The position numbers were made by a program, and so were the translations under genes. Of a stretch of DNA of 15,005 nt, positions 1 to 7,236 are shown one piece after another (positions within the stretch are counted from its first letter, which is position 1; every line of letters begins with the position of its first letter). The stretch is from a virus. Location: IMG/VR virus record IMGVR_UViG_3300045988_129841, positions 1 through 15,005 of that record; one strand, 5' to 3'. A model generated the notes under the pieces. The model was not told the origin of the DNA, did no database searches, and worked only from the letters and a program-made list of their open reading frames with translations.

Positions 1-9
1 CCTGTAATA

Positions 10-61
10 TGTCCACCACACACGGACACTTTTTCCCATTTGTCCACCACACACGGACACT
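10..61. repeat. Two 21-bp direct repeats TGTCCACCACACACGGACACT (10-30 and 41-61, period 31 bp) inside the ITR; candidate origin or terminal recognition elements
   Basis: The two copies are identical. Each contains a TGTCC...GGACA inverted half-site pair. They begin 9 nt from the genome end. Confidence 0.8.
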
Positions 62-239
62 AGCACAAATCACTAGAAAAGTCAATAGGCAATTCCAACA
101 AATTTTAATCTGAAAACAGCACAGATTTTGTGCAAATTAGACAATGAATTATCAGAAAATATTCGATTTCGACCACCAATTACAGAATATTCTGACAATT
201 CACAAAGATTTCTGACAATAAATTAGAACAAACGTTCGA

Positions 240-260
240 CTGTCCGCGGGCGGCGAACAG
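240..260. promoter_or_regulatory. GC-rich imperfect hairpin CTGTCCGCGGGCGGCGAACAG at the inner ITR boundary; possible terminator for the leftmost gene or a protein-binding element
   Basis: The arms CTGTCCGC and GCGAACAG pair with one mismatch. The element is strikingly GC-rich in an AT-rich genome. It lies just downstream (minus sense) of the stop of the 84-aa gene. Confidence 0.4.
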
Positions 261-285
261 CCGAGAAATAGAACACATGTTCGAA

Positions 286-540
286 TTATTCTATTATAAA
301 AATGTCTGAGATTGAGTATCTTTCATAATATCTCCCACGTAATTTCTCTGTCATTTTAATTAATTCTTCTATTTGTTCAACTTCTGCGAAATAGTAAAAA
401 TCTTCACTACAAAACTCTTGTGTTAGCACTTCTGCAACCACTTTTTTTACTTCAACATCAATAAATTCTTTTCTTTCATCATCGACACCGACTATTTCAT
501 TTCTTGTCTTGTAATAAATTCGTATAATTTTTGTTTCCAT
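286..540 (-). CDS. Hypothetical acidic 84-aa protein; solo transcription unit at the left genome end
   Basis: ATG start at 540 preceded by AAAGAGAGATAAAGAAA. It has its own consensus promoter and follows the late terminator. I recognised no similar protein. Confidence 0.6.
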   Translation of the reverse strand: METKIIRIYYKTRNEIVGVDDERKEFIDVEVKKVVAEVLTQEFCSEDFYYFAEVEQIEELIKMTEKLRGRYYERYSISDIFIIE

Positions 541-587
541 TTTCTTTATCTCTCTTTTCTGTTATGTTGTTTCCTTGTTCTGTAATT

Positions 588-616
588 ATAATATCATGTA
601 TTATAGAAAATGTCAA
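588..616 (-). promoter_or_regulatory. Sigma-A type promoter for the 84-aa gene
   Basis: Minus strand reads TTGACA (616-611), a 17-nt spacer ending in TGA, then TATTAT (593-588), giving an extended -10. It is part of a roughly 75-bp cassette repeated at 11893-11969. Confidence 0.7.
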
Positions 617-636
617 TACATATTTTAAAATTTTAC

Positions 637-670
637 AAAAAATTTTCTAGGGAATTTAATCCCTAGAAAA
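637..670 (-). terminator. Rho-independent terminator ending the long structural operon
   Basis: Minus strand reads UUUUCUAGGGA-UUAAAU-UCCCUAGAAAA followed by UUUUUU. It lies 8 nt after the tail-fibre stop codon. Confidence 0.8.
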
Positions 671-678
671 TCTATTTT

Positions 679-1977
679 TTAACAACATGTTAAAATGTCT
701 CCTGTGAAGTTTGGCACAAACACACTTAAGTTACTTACTCCGGTGTAATGCCCTTTTGAGGAATCGTATAACAATTTCAATGTTACTCTGCCGTTTGCGA
801 ATTTTAATTCGCCGTTTACCATATCATAAGTACCAGTCTTACCCGGAAAAATCGCAACTGTAATTCCAATCGTTAACGGATTACTTGTTGTTGCCCTAAT
901 TGGCTGTGTACATGTTGCAATTTCAATTTCAGACAGCGCGGTCAAGTCATTAACATTTAATTTTAATCCGAATACGCCGCCAATTAAATTCATCTTATCT
1001 TTCTCAACGGCTGCTTTTAATGTCAAGCCTGTTATTTCAGTGGCTTTTCCGCTTGGTGTGAGCGTAATAGTTTCATAACTCCGATACATTCCTGCGCTTG
1101 AACCCGTTAATAACGCATTATAAATTGCAATACCTAACTCACTGGACGCGCTTGCGGTTGGATGAATTAAATCCACTTTATAATAGTTACTCGGCAACCC
1201 TGCCATAACATATTCAACACCATTTAAATAACTTACTTTTCCTGCGCTAGAATAATACGGTGCTTTCCTGTAAACTTCAACAATGTTTCTTAAATGCGAT
1301 ATATAACTGTCTCGATTTTCAAATCCGGTAGACATCCAACCGATACAACCAACATGGATTTTGGCGTTCGGAAAATAATTGATTGCGTTTGTGAAGAAAT
1401 TACGCATGGCGGTTGTCACGTTTGCCATGGTGGTTTTCGTGTCCGCAATCGCGCTTGCGTCATTTAAGCCACCACAGACTACAACATCACTTACGTTCTC
1501 ACGCTCTTCTTTCGTCATATTATTATAACTTTCTGTCAATAAATCTCCGAAAGTTTTCGCCGCGTTTCCCACGAATCCAGAGCCGCCCAGACCATTAAGA
1601 GTAACGTTGTTGTTTTCACCTAAGTAAATTCTTAAAAATGCGCCCCAGCTTGAACTTTCCATTTCCTGTGAATTATAAGCTAAGTAACTATCCCCAATGC
1701 AAAGTATGTTTCTAGTCACAAGAGATTTTTTAAGTTTCTCAACTTCCTCTCTGTAACTCTCTATTTGTGAGTTATAACTTCCGGTTAAAACCCAGTATTC
1801 ACTATTTGTAATTTCCACGCCTACAGGGACTGTTTTTTTACTTGTGTAGCTGTTTCCTAAATATGTTACAATTGTTAACGGTTCATATGCTAAACCACTT
1901 TTCCATTCTGTACTTCCATTTTCGTCCGAGAAAAAACTCGGCACATATCTTGCACCTATATACTGTCTTACTGCCAT
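679..1977 (-). CDS. Tail fibre / appendage protein with a central SGNH (GDSL-type) esterase domain
   Basis: All four SGNH blocks are visible: CIGDS (S97), NGLGGSG, CGGLND (N172) and DLIHP (D269/H272). The N-terminal roughly 85 aa carry a coiled-coil segment (EEVEKLKKSL). The C-terminal roughly 130 aa are beta-rich. It is the last gene of the virion module, in the position of phi29 gp12. Confidence 0.75.
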   Translation of the reverse strand: MAVRQYIGARYVPSFFSDENGSTEWKSGLAYEPLTIVTYLGNSYTSKKTVPVGVEITNSEYWVLTGSYNSQIESYREEVEKLKKSLVTRNILCIGDSYLAYNSQEMESSSWGAFLRIYLGENNNVTLNGLGGSGFVGNAAKTFGDLLTESYNNMTKEERENVSDVVVCGGLNDASAIADTKTTMANVTTAMRNFFTNAINYFPNAKIHVGCIGWMSTGFENRDSYISHLRNIVEVYRKAPYYSSAGKVSYLNGVEYVMAGLPSNYYKVDLIHPTASASSELGIAIYNALLTGSSAGMYRSYETITLTPSGKATEITGLTLKAAVEKDKMNLIGGVFGLKLNVNDLTALSEIEIATCTQPIRATTSNPLTIGITVAIFPGKTGTYDMVNGELKFANGRVTLKLLYDSSKGHYTGVSNLSVFVPNFTGDILTCC

Positions 1978-1994
1978 TTTTATGACCTCTCTTT

Positions 1995-2378
1995 CTAATA
2001 TGATAAAATTAATCTCCCGTATTCAGTCCCAGCTATGTCAACGTCTACGCCCTGTGTATTAAATATGATTTCGTCCCACCGTTCCGGAATGTTATAAATA
2101 ATATATCCTGCGTCTGAAATTTCTACAAAAATCATTGTAGCAAGGTATTTTTCAACGATTTTTTTAACTTCTACGTTGCCAAAATTTTCAAGCGTTTTTT
2201 CAATTTCAGCAATCTGCTTTCTCAGTTCTTCTATCTCTTCTTCTGTCTTATTATCCTCTCCCGTATATTCTCTTAATTTTTTTTCAATCAAAAGCACTCG
2301 GTCAAGCAACGTCATATTGTCAGTGTATACAATCGGCTGTGGTGGAAATCCACCGCCGCAATTTATAAAACCGCCCAT
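1995..2378 (-). CDS. Hypothetical virion-module protein with a central acidic coiled coil (127 aa from ATG 2378; the track starts at GTG 2387)
   Basis: The track start at 2387 is a GTG lying inside the SD sequence AAAGAGGTGA. The ATG at 2378 has ideal spacing from that SD. The gene sits between the lower collar and the fibre, so it may be a fibre adaptor or assembly protein. Confidence 0.6.
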   Translation of the reverse strand: MGGFINCGGGFPPQPIVYTDNMTLLDRVLLIEKKLREYTGEDNKTEEEIEELRKQIAEIEKTLENFGNVEVKKIVEKYLATMIFVEISDAGYIIYNIPERWDEIIFNTQGVDVDIAGTEYGRLILSY

Positions 2379-2393
2379 TTTTATCACCTCTTT

Positions 2394-3149
2394 CTAATAA
2401 ATCAACATGAATAAGTCGCAACAGTCGTCACATATCATTTTGTTAATGTTTAGAATGTTTTCACGAATTTTTTTGATTTCCTCTTGATAACTACCGGAAA
2501 AACCTTTTTCTTCGTGTTTCAAAATTCTGTTTTTATCGTCAATGTTTTTCGAAACGATATTCGTATTGCCGGAATCGTTGCTTAGTGTAGCGTCTGAATT
2601 TTCCACAACCTTTTTTGTTTGTCCACGCACTAAGTCACTTGCATAGTCATTTTGCGAAAAATTAATCTGCGGCGCGTCACTTGTGATAGATTGATTATCA
2701 CTTGTGCTATTACCGTGACCGTTACTATTGCTTGCGGCGCTATTATTATGCTTACTATCGTTTGTATAATCCGTGATGTTCGTCTCGTTGACTTTATCGG
2801 ATGAAGTGAATACACGATTTATAAGCGGCTCATATTCGAATAATGTTGTTCGGTAAAGTTCTTTATAATATGGCATGATTTCAAGCATTTTTTGCTTAAA
2901 AGCAAACTTCCACGCGTCCGGCGTTTCGAATCCTATTGATTCGTTGAAATAAGTATAACATAAATACTTCTCAAATTCAACCTTAATTTTTTCATTTTCT
3001 ACATAAAAAGGAAAATCAAAATCAAACAGTTTTGAATAGCAGTTTTCTACTAAATCGAATCCGCTATTTTTTCCGGCGTACATATCCACGCCGCCATAAT
3101 ACGCTAGTAAAAATCCTATTGATGTACTAGGATAACCAAGATTACTCAT
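2394..3149 (-). CDS. Probable lower collar protein (phi29 gp11 position) with a Ser/Asn-rich disordered insert
   Basis: It follows the portal gene directly with an ATGA start/stop overlap at 3146-3149. Size (251 aa) and synteny match gp11. I could not confirm direct sequence similarity. Confidence 0.55.
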   Translation of the reverse strand: MSNLGYPSTSIGFLLAYYGGVDMYAGKNSGFDLVENCYSKLFDFDFPFYVENEKIKVEFEKYLCYTYFNESIGFETPDAWKFAFKQKMLEIMPYYKELYRTTLFEYEPLINRVFTSSDKVNETNITDYTNDSKHNNSAASNSNGHGNSTSDNQSITSDAPQINFSQNDYASDLVRGQTKKVVENSDATLSNDSGNTNIVSKNIDDKNRILKHEEKGFSGSYQEEIKKIRENILNINKMICDDCCDLFMLIY

Positions 3150-4030
3150 TTTTCTCCTCCGTCCTCATTGTTAGTCATACCGAACTGCTGATACACACCG
3201 CTAACATCAATACTGCTAAGCGGCTCAACGTCAATATCTTTTTCGGTTAATCCGAATACTTTTCGAATCTGTATGCAACTTCTTTTTCTAAGTTCAAGTG
3301 CGCTTTTTAGATTAATTTCTGTAATACCGTTATTACTCTCAACCTCTCCCATTATCATACGTTCTTTTTTTGTGTCTCCGTTATTTGCAATTCCTATTTC
3401 TGTTAAAAAATCAGAAATTTCCTGCTTCATCAATGCTTGAATATTACTTGCGTTATACGGTACGTCAAGATTGAGGACTTTTAAACTGGTCATATCGAAC
3501 TTATCATTTACCGTTATCCACGGTATGAAATTAGCAAGTTGTTTGAAAAGATTTGAAACGCTTAATTTTGTATTACGATTTCCGGCGCATATATACGGCG
3601 TACGCAACGCAACTAGGTTTAAATCACGCGTTAGCCGCATGGTTGCCAATGCTTCGGCGTGCATTATGATAATATCGTTGTAAGGGTACTGGGTGTAGCT
3701 ATCATATATTAAGACGCTGTTTTCTTTTGTGTACTCTCCGACATAGTTATTTGCGTACGCGAAACGCATATCACCGTGATTATAATTATCCATTCGTCCG
3801 GCTTCATTAATCTTCGCTACTCCATAAAGTTCCGCTACTTCATCTTTAAAAAAGATAGCTTCACCATAATCTAATAGGATTTCTTCTAAAAATCGCGGCG
3901 GGATTTCTTCCGGTAACTTCCATTTAAAACGCGAAGTATATATATTTCTCAAAAGAAAATAATAACGTGTATAATATTGCTGATAGCGTTCCCCTTGGTT
4001 CATTGTGTTTTTCTCTTTACATGGATTCAT
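3146..4030 (-). CDS. Portal / upper collar connector protein (phi29 gp10-like)
   Basis: [29 protein letters not shown] resembles phi29 gp10 [48 protein letters not shown] resembles KKERMVTDEVSSNDEQIE. Size is 294 aa versus 309 aa, and synteny agrees. Confidence 0.85.
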   Translation of the reverse strand: [294 protein letters not shown]

Positions 4031-4048
4031 AAAACCACCTACTTTCTC

Positions 4049-4070
4049 AAATGTTTCACGTGAAACATTT
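4049..4070. promoter_or_regulatory. Perfect 22-bp palindrome AAATGTTTCACGTGAAACATTT between the tail-knob and portal genes (copy A of a recurring element)
   Basis: The sequence is fully self-complementary. It overlaps the tail-knob stop codon by 2 nt and sits 6 nt upstream of the portal SD. Related copies occur at 10556-10595 and 11266-11289. Confidence 0.7.
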
Positions 4071-5658
4071 AATTATTTTCAACTGAGAAGTTTCCTACAT
4101 CATTTATATGCCAAAAGAACACTCCCTTTTCAATAATAGAAGTCAGCTTTTCCCTTGCCTGCGGTTCTGTGATACCTTTAAAAGTTACGTCTCTTGCCTG
4201 TAAATAATTCCACGCGCTCCTACTTTTAATATCCGGCTTCGCTATTTCTTCCACACGATAGCCATAAACCGTGAAAATGTTATCAATTTTTTTCAAGTAT
4301 TCCTCTGTACAATGTATTCTCACAACCCTTATTCCTAAATTTTTATTCCAAAAAGAAGTGTAGCCGCCCGCGCTTGTGAAAGACGCATCACTTGCTACGT
4401 CAGCGTGCTGAATTGTACTTGCAAGAGACACCGCACCACTAGCCGCGCTAGGTAAATTTCCGCTTAAAGCTGAAATACCGACGGTAGCCGCCTGCGCTCC
4501 GATTGCAATAGAATTATTCGCTAAGTACGCTTTGAGAGAATCAATCGGAACTCCTAATTTTGGAAAATCGTTATAAGAAATCTGATATTGCTTATTCTCC
4601 GCAAGATTACAATAGTTACGAGGTATCATTACCATGGTCGGAATGGTGTCCGGCGGCAACGAAATATCAAACGCGGCTCTTTCACCGCCGAAATATTCTA
4701 ATTTCAAACTTTCTAACGTGGTTTGTCCGTTATTCAGTCCAATGAAATTATACGGATAACAGAAACATTTATTATTTTTCGGTTTATAAGAACCGATAGA
4801 ATCACCGTATTTCTCAACTGATACACTGAATTTTTTTGTACCGGAAAAAATATAAGGCGCAAGCCCTATAGCAATTATGTTACTAGCTTCTTCCGTAGTC
4901 ATGTTATTAATCGCGGTTTGAATATCAGCCGCGCTCACATATGTATCATATGTACAACCGTAGTAAATACCGTCAATAATCTGCTTATCTCTTTCGCTTT
5001 CTTTCGTTGTCCATCGCATTAAAAAATAATAAATAGCGTTCGGAGAAGTGTCATTTTCCGCGGTGTCCGGTCTAGGTGGTATTAATCCCTCATGTACTGT
5101 AAATCCGGTCGGCGTTGGATATGTTCCGCTTTCGCTTATGGTGAACTCGCTAGAATCCGGATAGTTATATTCATACTGCCCAACTTCCAATCCCTCCGGA
5201 TATGTGTACGCTCCGATTATATCGTTTTTTTTCGCCACATGACTTCTTAAGATATAGCAAGGATTTATTTCAATTTTTGAAAAATTTTCCTGCCATACAT
5301 CTAATTCGAACGTTATTAAGCAACTGTTTACGCTAAGCGGTGTCACACCAGTAATAAAAGCGTAGTGATTTTTCTTCTCAAGCGGCTTATTTGAAAAGTA
5401 AAGATAATTACAGTTAAGCGGCTCAATTTCGTTATACGGAAGTCTTACAGTCAACTGTCCTATTTTAACCGGACTTGCGTTTACTTCCGTTTTTACTGTT
5501 TTTGAGAGAAGGAAAGTGTCCAACTCTGATACCGAATTAAACAACCGTATATTTTTATAACCGTTATCCCACGGTATACCGGCGCACAAATTGATTGTTG
5601 TCTCCGGTGCAAGTCCTATGATTTCATGTTGTGTCGGCATATCAATAAAGTTTTCCAC
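4069..5658 (-). CDS. Tail knob protein (phi29 gp9-like)
   Basis: The N-terminus (IPWDNGYKNIRLF ... HYAFITGV ... FELDVWQ) parallels phi29 gp9 (VPFSNDYKNTRWF ... FYAFVTEL ... FEIDVLQ). The C-terminus (YGYRVEEIAKPDIKSRSAWNYLQ ... GVFFWHINDVGNFSVEN) parallels YGYKINRVKKPNLRTRKAFNYVQ ... GITLWHTDNIGNYSVEN. The start is GTG at 5658, well spaced from GAGAGG; the next ATG, at 5640, is too far from the SD. Confidence 0.9.
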   Translation of the reverse strand: MENFIDMPTQHEIIGLAPETTINLCAGIPWDNGYKNIRLFNSVSELDTFLLSKTVKTEVNASPVKIGQLTVRLPYNEIEPLNCNYLYFSNKPLEKKNHYAFITGVTPLSVNSCLITFELDVWQENFSKIEINPCYILRSHVAKKNDIIGAYTYPEGLEVGQYEYNYPDSSEFTISESGTYPTPTGFTVHEGLIPPRPDTAENDTSPNAIYYFLMRWTTKESERDKQIIDGIYYGCTYDTYVSAADIQTAINNMTTEEASNIIAIGLAPYIFSGTKKFSVSVEKYGDSIGSYKPKNNKCFCYPYNFIGLNNGQTTLESLKLEYFGGERAAFDISLPPDTIPTMVMIPRNYCNLAENKQYQISYNDFPKLGVPIDSLKAYLANNSIAIGAQAATVGISALSGNLPSAASGAVSLASTIQHADVASDASFTSAGGYTSFWNKNLGIRVVRIHCTEEYLKKIDNIFTVYGYRVEEIAKPDIKSRSAWNYLQARDVTFKGITEPQAREKLTSIIEKGVFFWHINDVGNFSVENN

Positions 5659-5680
5659 TTTTCTTACCTCTCTTTCTATA

Positions 5681-6958
5681 TTAACCAGTGATTGTTACTG
5701 TTCCTGTTCCGGTGATTGAATTATCCCAGTGGGCTTTTACAGTCACGGTAAGACTTTCTGCCTTTTCGTCATTTGCAATCATTAACACGTTACTTCCCGG
5801 GACGAAAGCGGTGTGTGTAGAAGTATTTCCGCTGACTTCATAGTCAAAGGTCTGTAATACGTAATCCTCTGCGGTAGTTGGCGCGGCTAAAGCGGTGATT
5901 TTATACTCACTTCCTTTTTTCGCGTTCTCGATTGGTGTAACGTCAATCTTCTTCATGCTGACTGTTTTTGTGGTGAACGCAATACAAGGAAAAAACGGAC
6001 TATATGAATACATATTCTTAATGTTATAAAAATACGTCCAAGTCAAAGCCGCGCCGTTTTTACTGTCTGACATAACGCGATACTGTTCGCGAACTCTGTA
6101 CCAACGCATATCAAATAATGCTACCTTAATATCGTCATTGCCGAATGAATCAATTACAATCTTATGCGCTTCAATATCGGCTTTATTCATATTAAAGGCG
6201 TACGCCAATACGTCAACGTCCAGGACAGCGTCCACTTCCGGCGTTACCATATAATATATGCCGTCAAGGAGAGCGTTACTGTCTGCCCCTGCAATATTCA
6301 AATTCTTATTTGGGAACTTCATTTTTCCAATCCAAGTCTTCATTGCAATGGTTAACGCTTTCGCACTCGCTTCGTCTGTTGGGTCGGCAACCTGCACAGG
6401 AAAAAGCTGAGACGAATTATACGCCGAAACAATTAACTGCTTCATGGAAAGATATTCATCCCACTCTGCGCCGGATACGGTAGATTCTACTTTCGCTCGA
6501 ATCAAATCCATAATACCGTACTCTGTCTGAAAAGCATTACGCATATTATCATAAGTAACAGTAATCGGATACTGCAAAGCAGGTGACATATGATGATAAG
6601 CCGCCAAGACTTCCCCCTCATAGTATTTATACAGTACGGACGCGTCGGCGAATCCGTCAAAAACCTGCGCTTTCGCCATGTTAACGAAAATCTCCTGTTC
6701 AGTTGCACCGTATCGCATTGGGTTACTTTTTAACATTCCAAGTGGGTTTCTGAAGTACGCGGAATTGATGCGCCCCTGCACCATTTGTTCAATTAAGGCA
6801 GAAGCGAATGCGCTTCTAATTACTTCTACATTAAGAACCTGTTCATAAACTGATGCAATGTTTTCAAGTGTCACTTCCGGCAGTCTGTCGGCAGGAAGTA
6901 AACCGCTATTTCGCATAGCATTTAATACATTAACGTTCGTTGGTTTTACATCTCCCAT
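5681..6958 (-). CDS. Major capsid protein (phi29 gp8-like) with a C-terminal Ig-like (BIG2-type) domain
   Basis: LDVDVLAYAFNMNKADI resembles phi29 gp8 LDVDVLAKAFNMNRTDF, with further collinear matches. The beta-rich C-terminal roughly 90 aa ends in TVKAHWDNSITGTGTVTITG. The gene follows the scaffold gene. Confidence 0.9.
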   Translation of the reverse strand: MGDVKPTNVNVLNAMRNSGLLPADRLPEVTLENIASVYEQVLNVEVIRSAFASALIEQMVQGRINSAYFRNPLGMLKSNPMRYGATEQEIFVNMAKAQVFDGFADASVLYKYYEGEVLAAYHHMSPALQYPITVTYDNMRNAFQTEYGIMDLIRAKVESTVSGAEWDEYLSMKQLIVSAYNSSQLFPVQVADPTDEASAKALTIAMKTWIGKMKFPNKNLNIAGADSNALLDGIYYMVTPEVDAVLDVDVLAYAFNMNKADIEAHKIVIDSFGNDDIKVALFDMRWYRVREQYRVMSDSKNGAALTWTYFYNIKNMYSYSPFFPCIAFTTKTVSMKKIDVTPIENAKKGSEYKITALAAPTTAEDYVLQTFDYEVSGNTSTHTAFVPGSNVLMIANDEKAESLTVTVKAHWDNSITGTGTVTITG

Positions 6959-6975
6959 TTTTTAATCCTCTCTTT

Positions 6976-7227
6976 CTATTCTGTTGAACCGTCAAAATCT
7001 AAGTCCTCGATTTTGATTTCTTCTTTTTCTTCTTTTTCTTCTTTCTTTTCTTCCGGTTTCGTGATTTCATCAATGAATCTTTCTGTATATTTCTTTTTCA
7101 ATTCATTGTATTTCTGCTCCCATTCTCCGGAATTTGCCTCTCCACCTTTTAACGTTTCGAAAACTTCCTCATTTTCCGTAACGTCTAAGACTTCCGCGAC
7201 TTTTTTAATAGCTTCTTCGAATGTCAT
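6976..7227 (-). CDS. Scaffolding protein (phi29 gp7 position)
   Basis: It is an 83-aa, highly acidic, helical protein with an EEKKEEKEEKEE tail. It lies immediately upstream of the capsid gene. Confidence 0.65.
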   Translation of the reverse strand: MTFEEAIKKVAEVLDVTENEEVFETLKGGEANSGEWEQKYNELKKKYTERFIDEITKPEEKKEEKEEKEEIKIEDLDFDGSTE

Positions 7228-7236
7228 TTTTTTACC

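Larger units (their letters stand above)
1..265. repeat. Left inverted terminal repeat (ITR-L), 265 bp, non-coding
   Basis: Block-by-block comparison by eye found no mismatch between the reverse complement of 14741-15005 and 1-265. Similarity continues imperfectly to about 285 (TAGAACAcATGTTCGAA versus TAGAACAtATGTTCGAA). Confidence 0.95.

Noticed and set aside
10-61. Possibility that the 21-bp direct repeats represent a CRISPR array
   Set aside because: There are only two copies per end, and they are mirrored as part of the ITR. The spacer is 10 nt and there are no cas genes. An origin or terminal repeat explains them better.
9-110. 33-aa ORF reading inward from each ITR (ATGTCCACCACACAC...TGA)
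   Set aside because: It has no SD and it overlaps the terminal repeats. It would be antisense to everything at the left end. It is most likely fortuitous.
1-265. Possibility that the inverted repeats are transposon or IS terminal inverted repeats
   Set aside because: There is no transposase or integrase. The interior encodes a protein-primed polymerase with a candidate terminal protein and a full virion module. ITRs are the expected ends of such replicons.
2690-2770. The Ser/Asn-rich low-complexity stretch in the lower-collar gene as a possible repeat or recombination hotspot
   Set aside because: No nucleotide-level tandem repeat is visible. It is consistent with a disordered surface loop.
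2630-2815. Nested minus-strand ORFs in alternative frames: 2630-2815, 6502-6708 and 14253-14438
   Set aside because: Each lies entirely inside a larger ORF that has homology or synteny support. They lack SD sequences and their composition looks like frame-shifted noise.
7018-7060. Homopurine/homopyrimidine tract (GAA/GAAA repeats) in the scaffold gene as a possible slippage or triplex element
   Set aside because: It simply encodes the EEKKEEKEEKEE acidic tail typical of scaffolding proteins. There is no evidence of phase variation from a single sequence.
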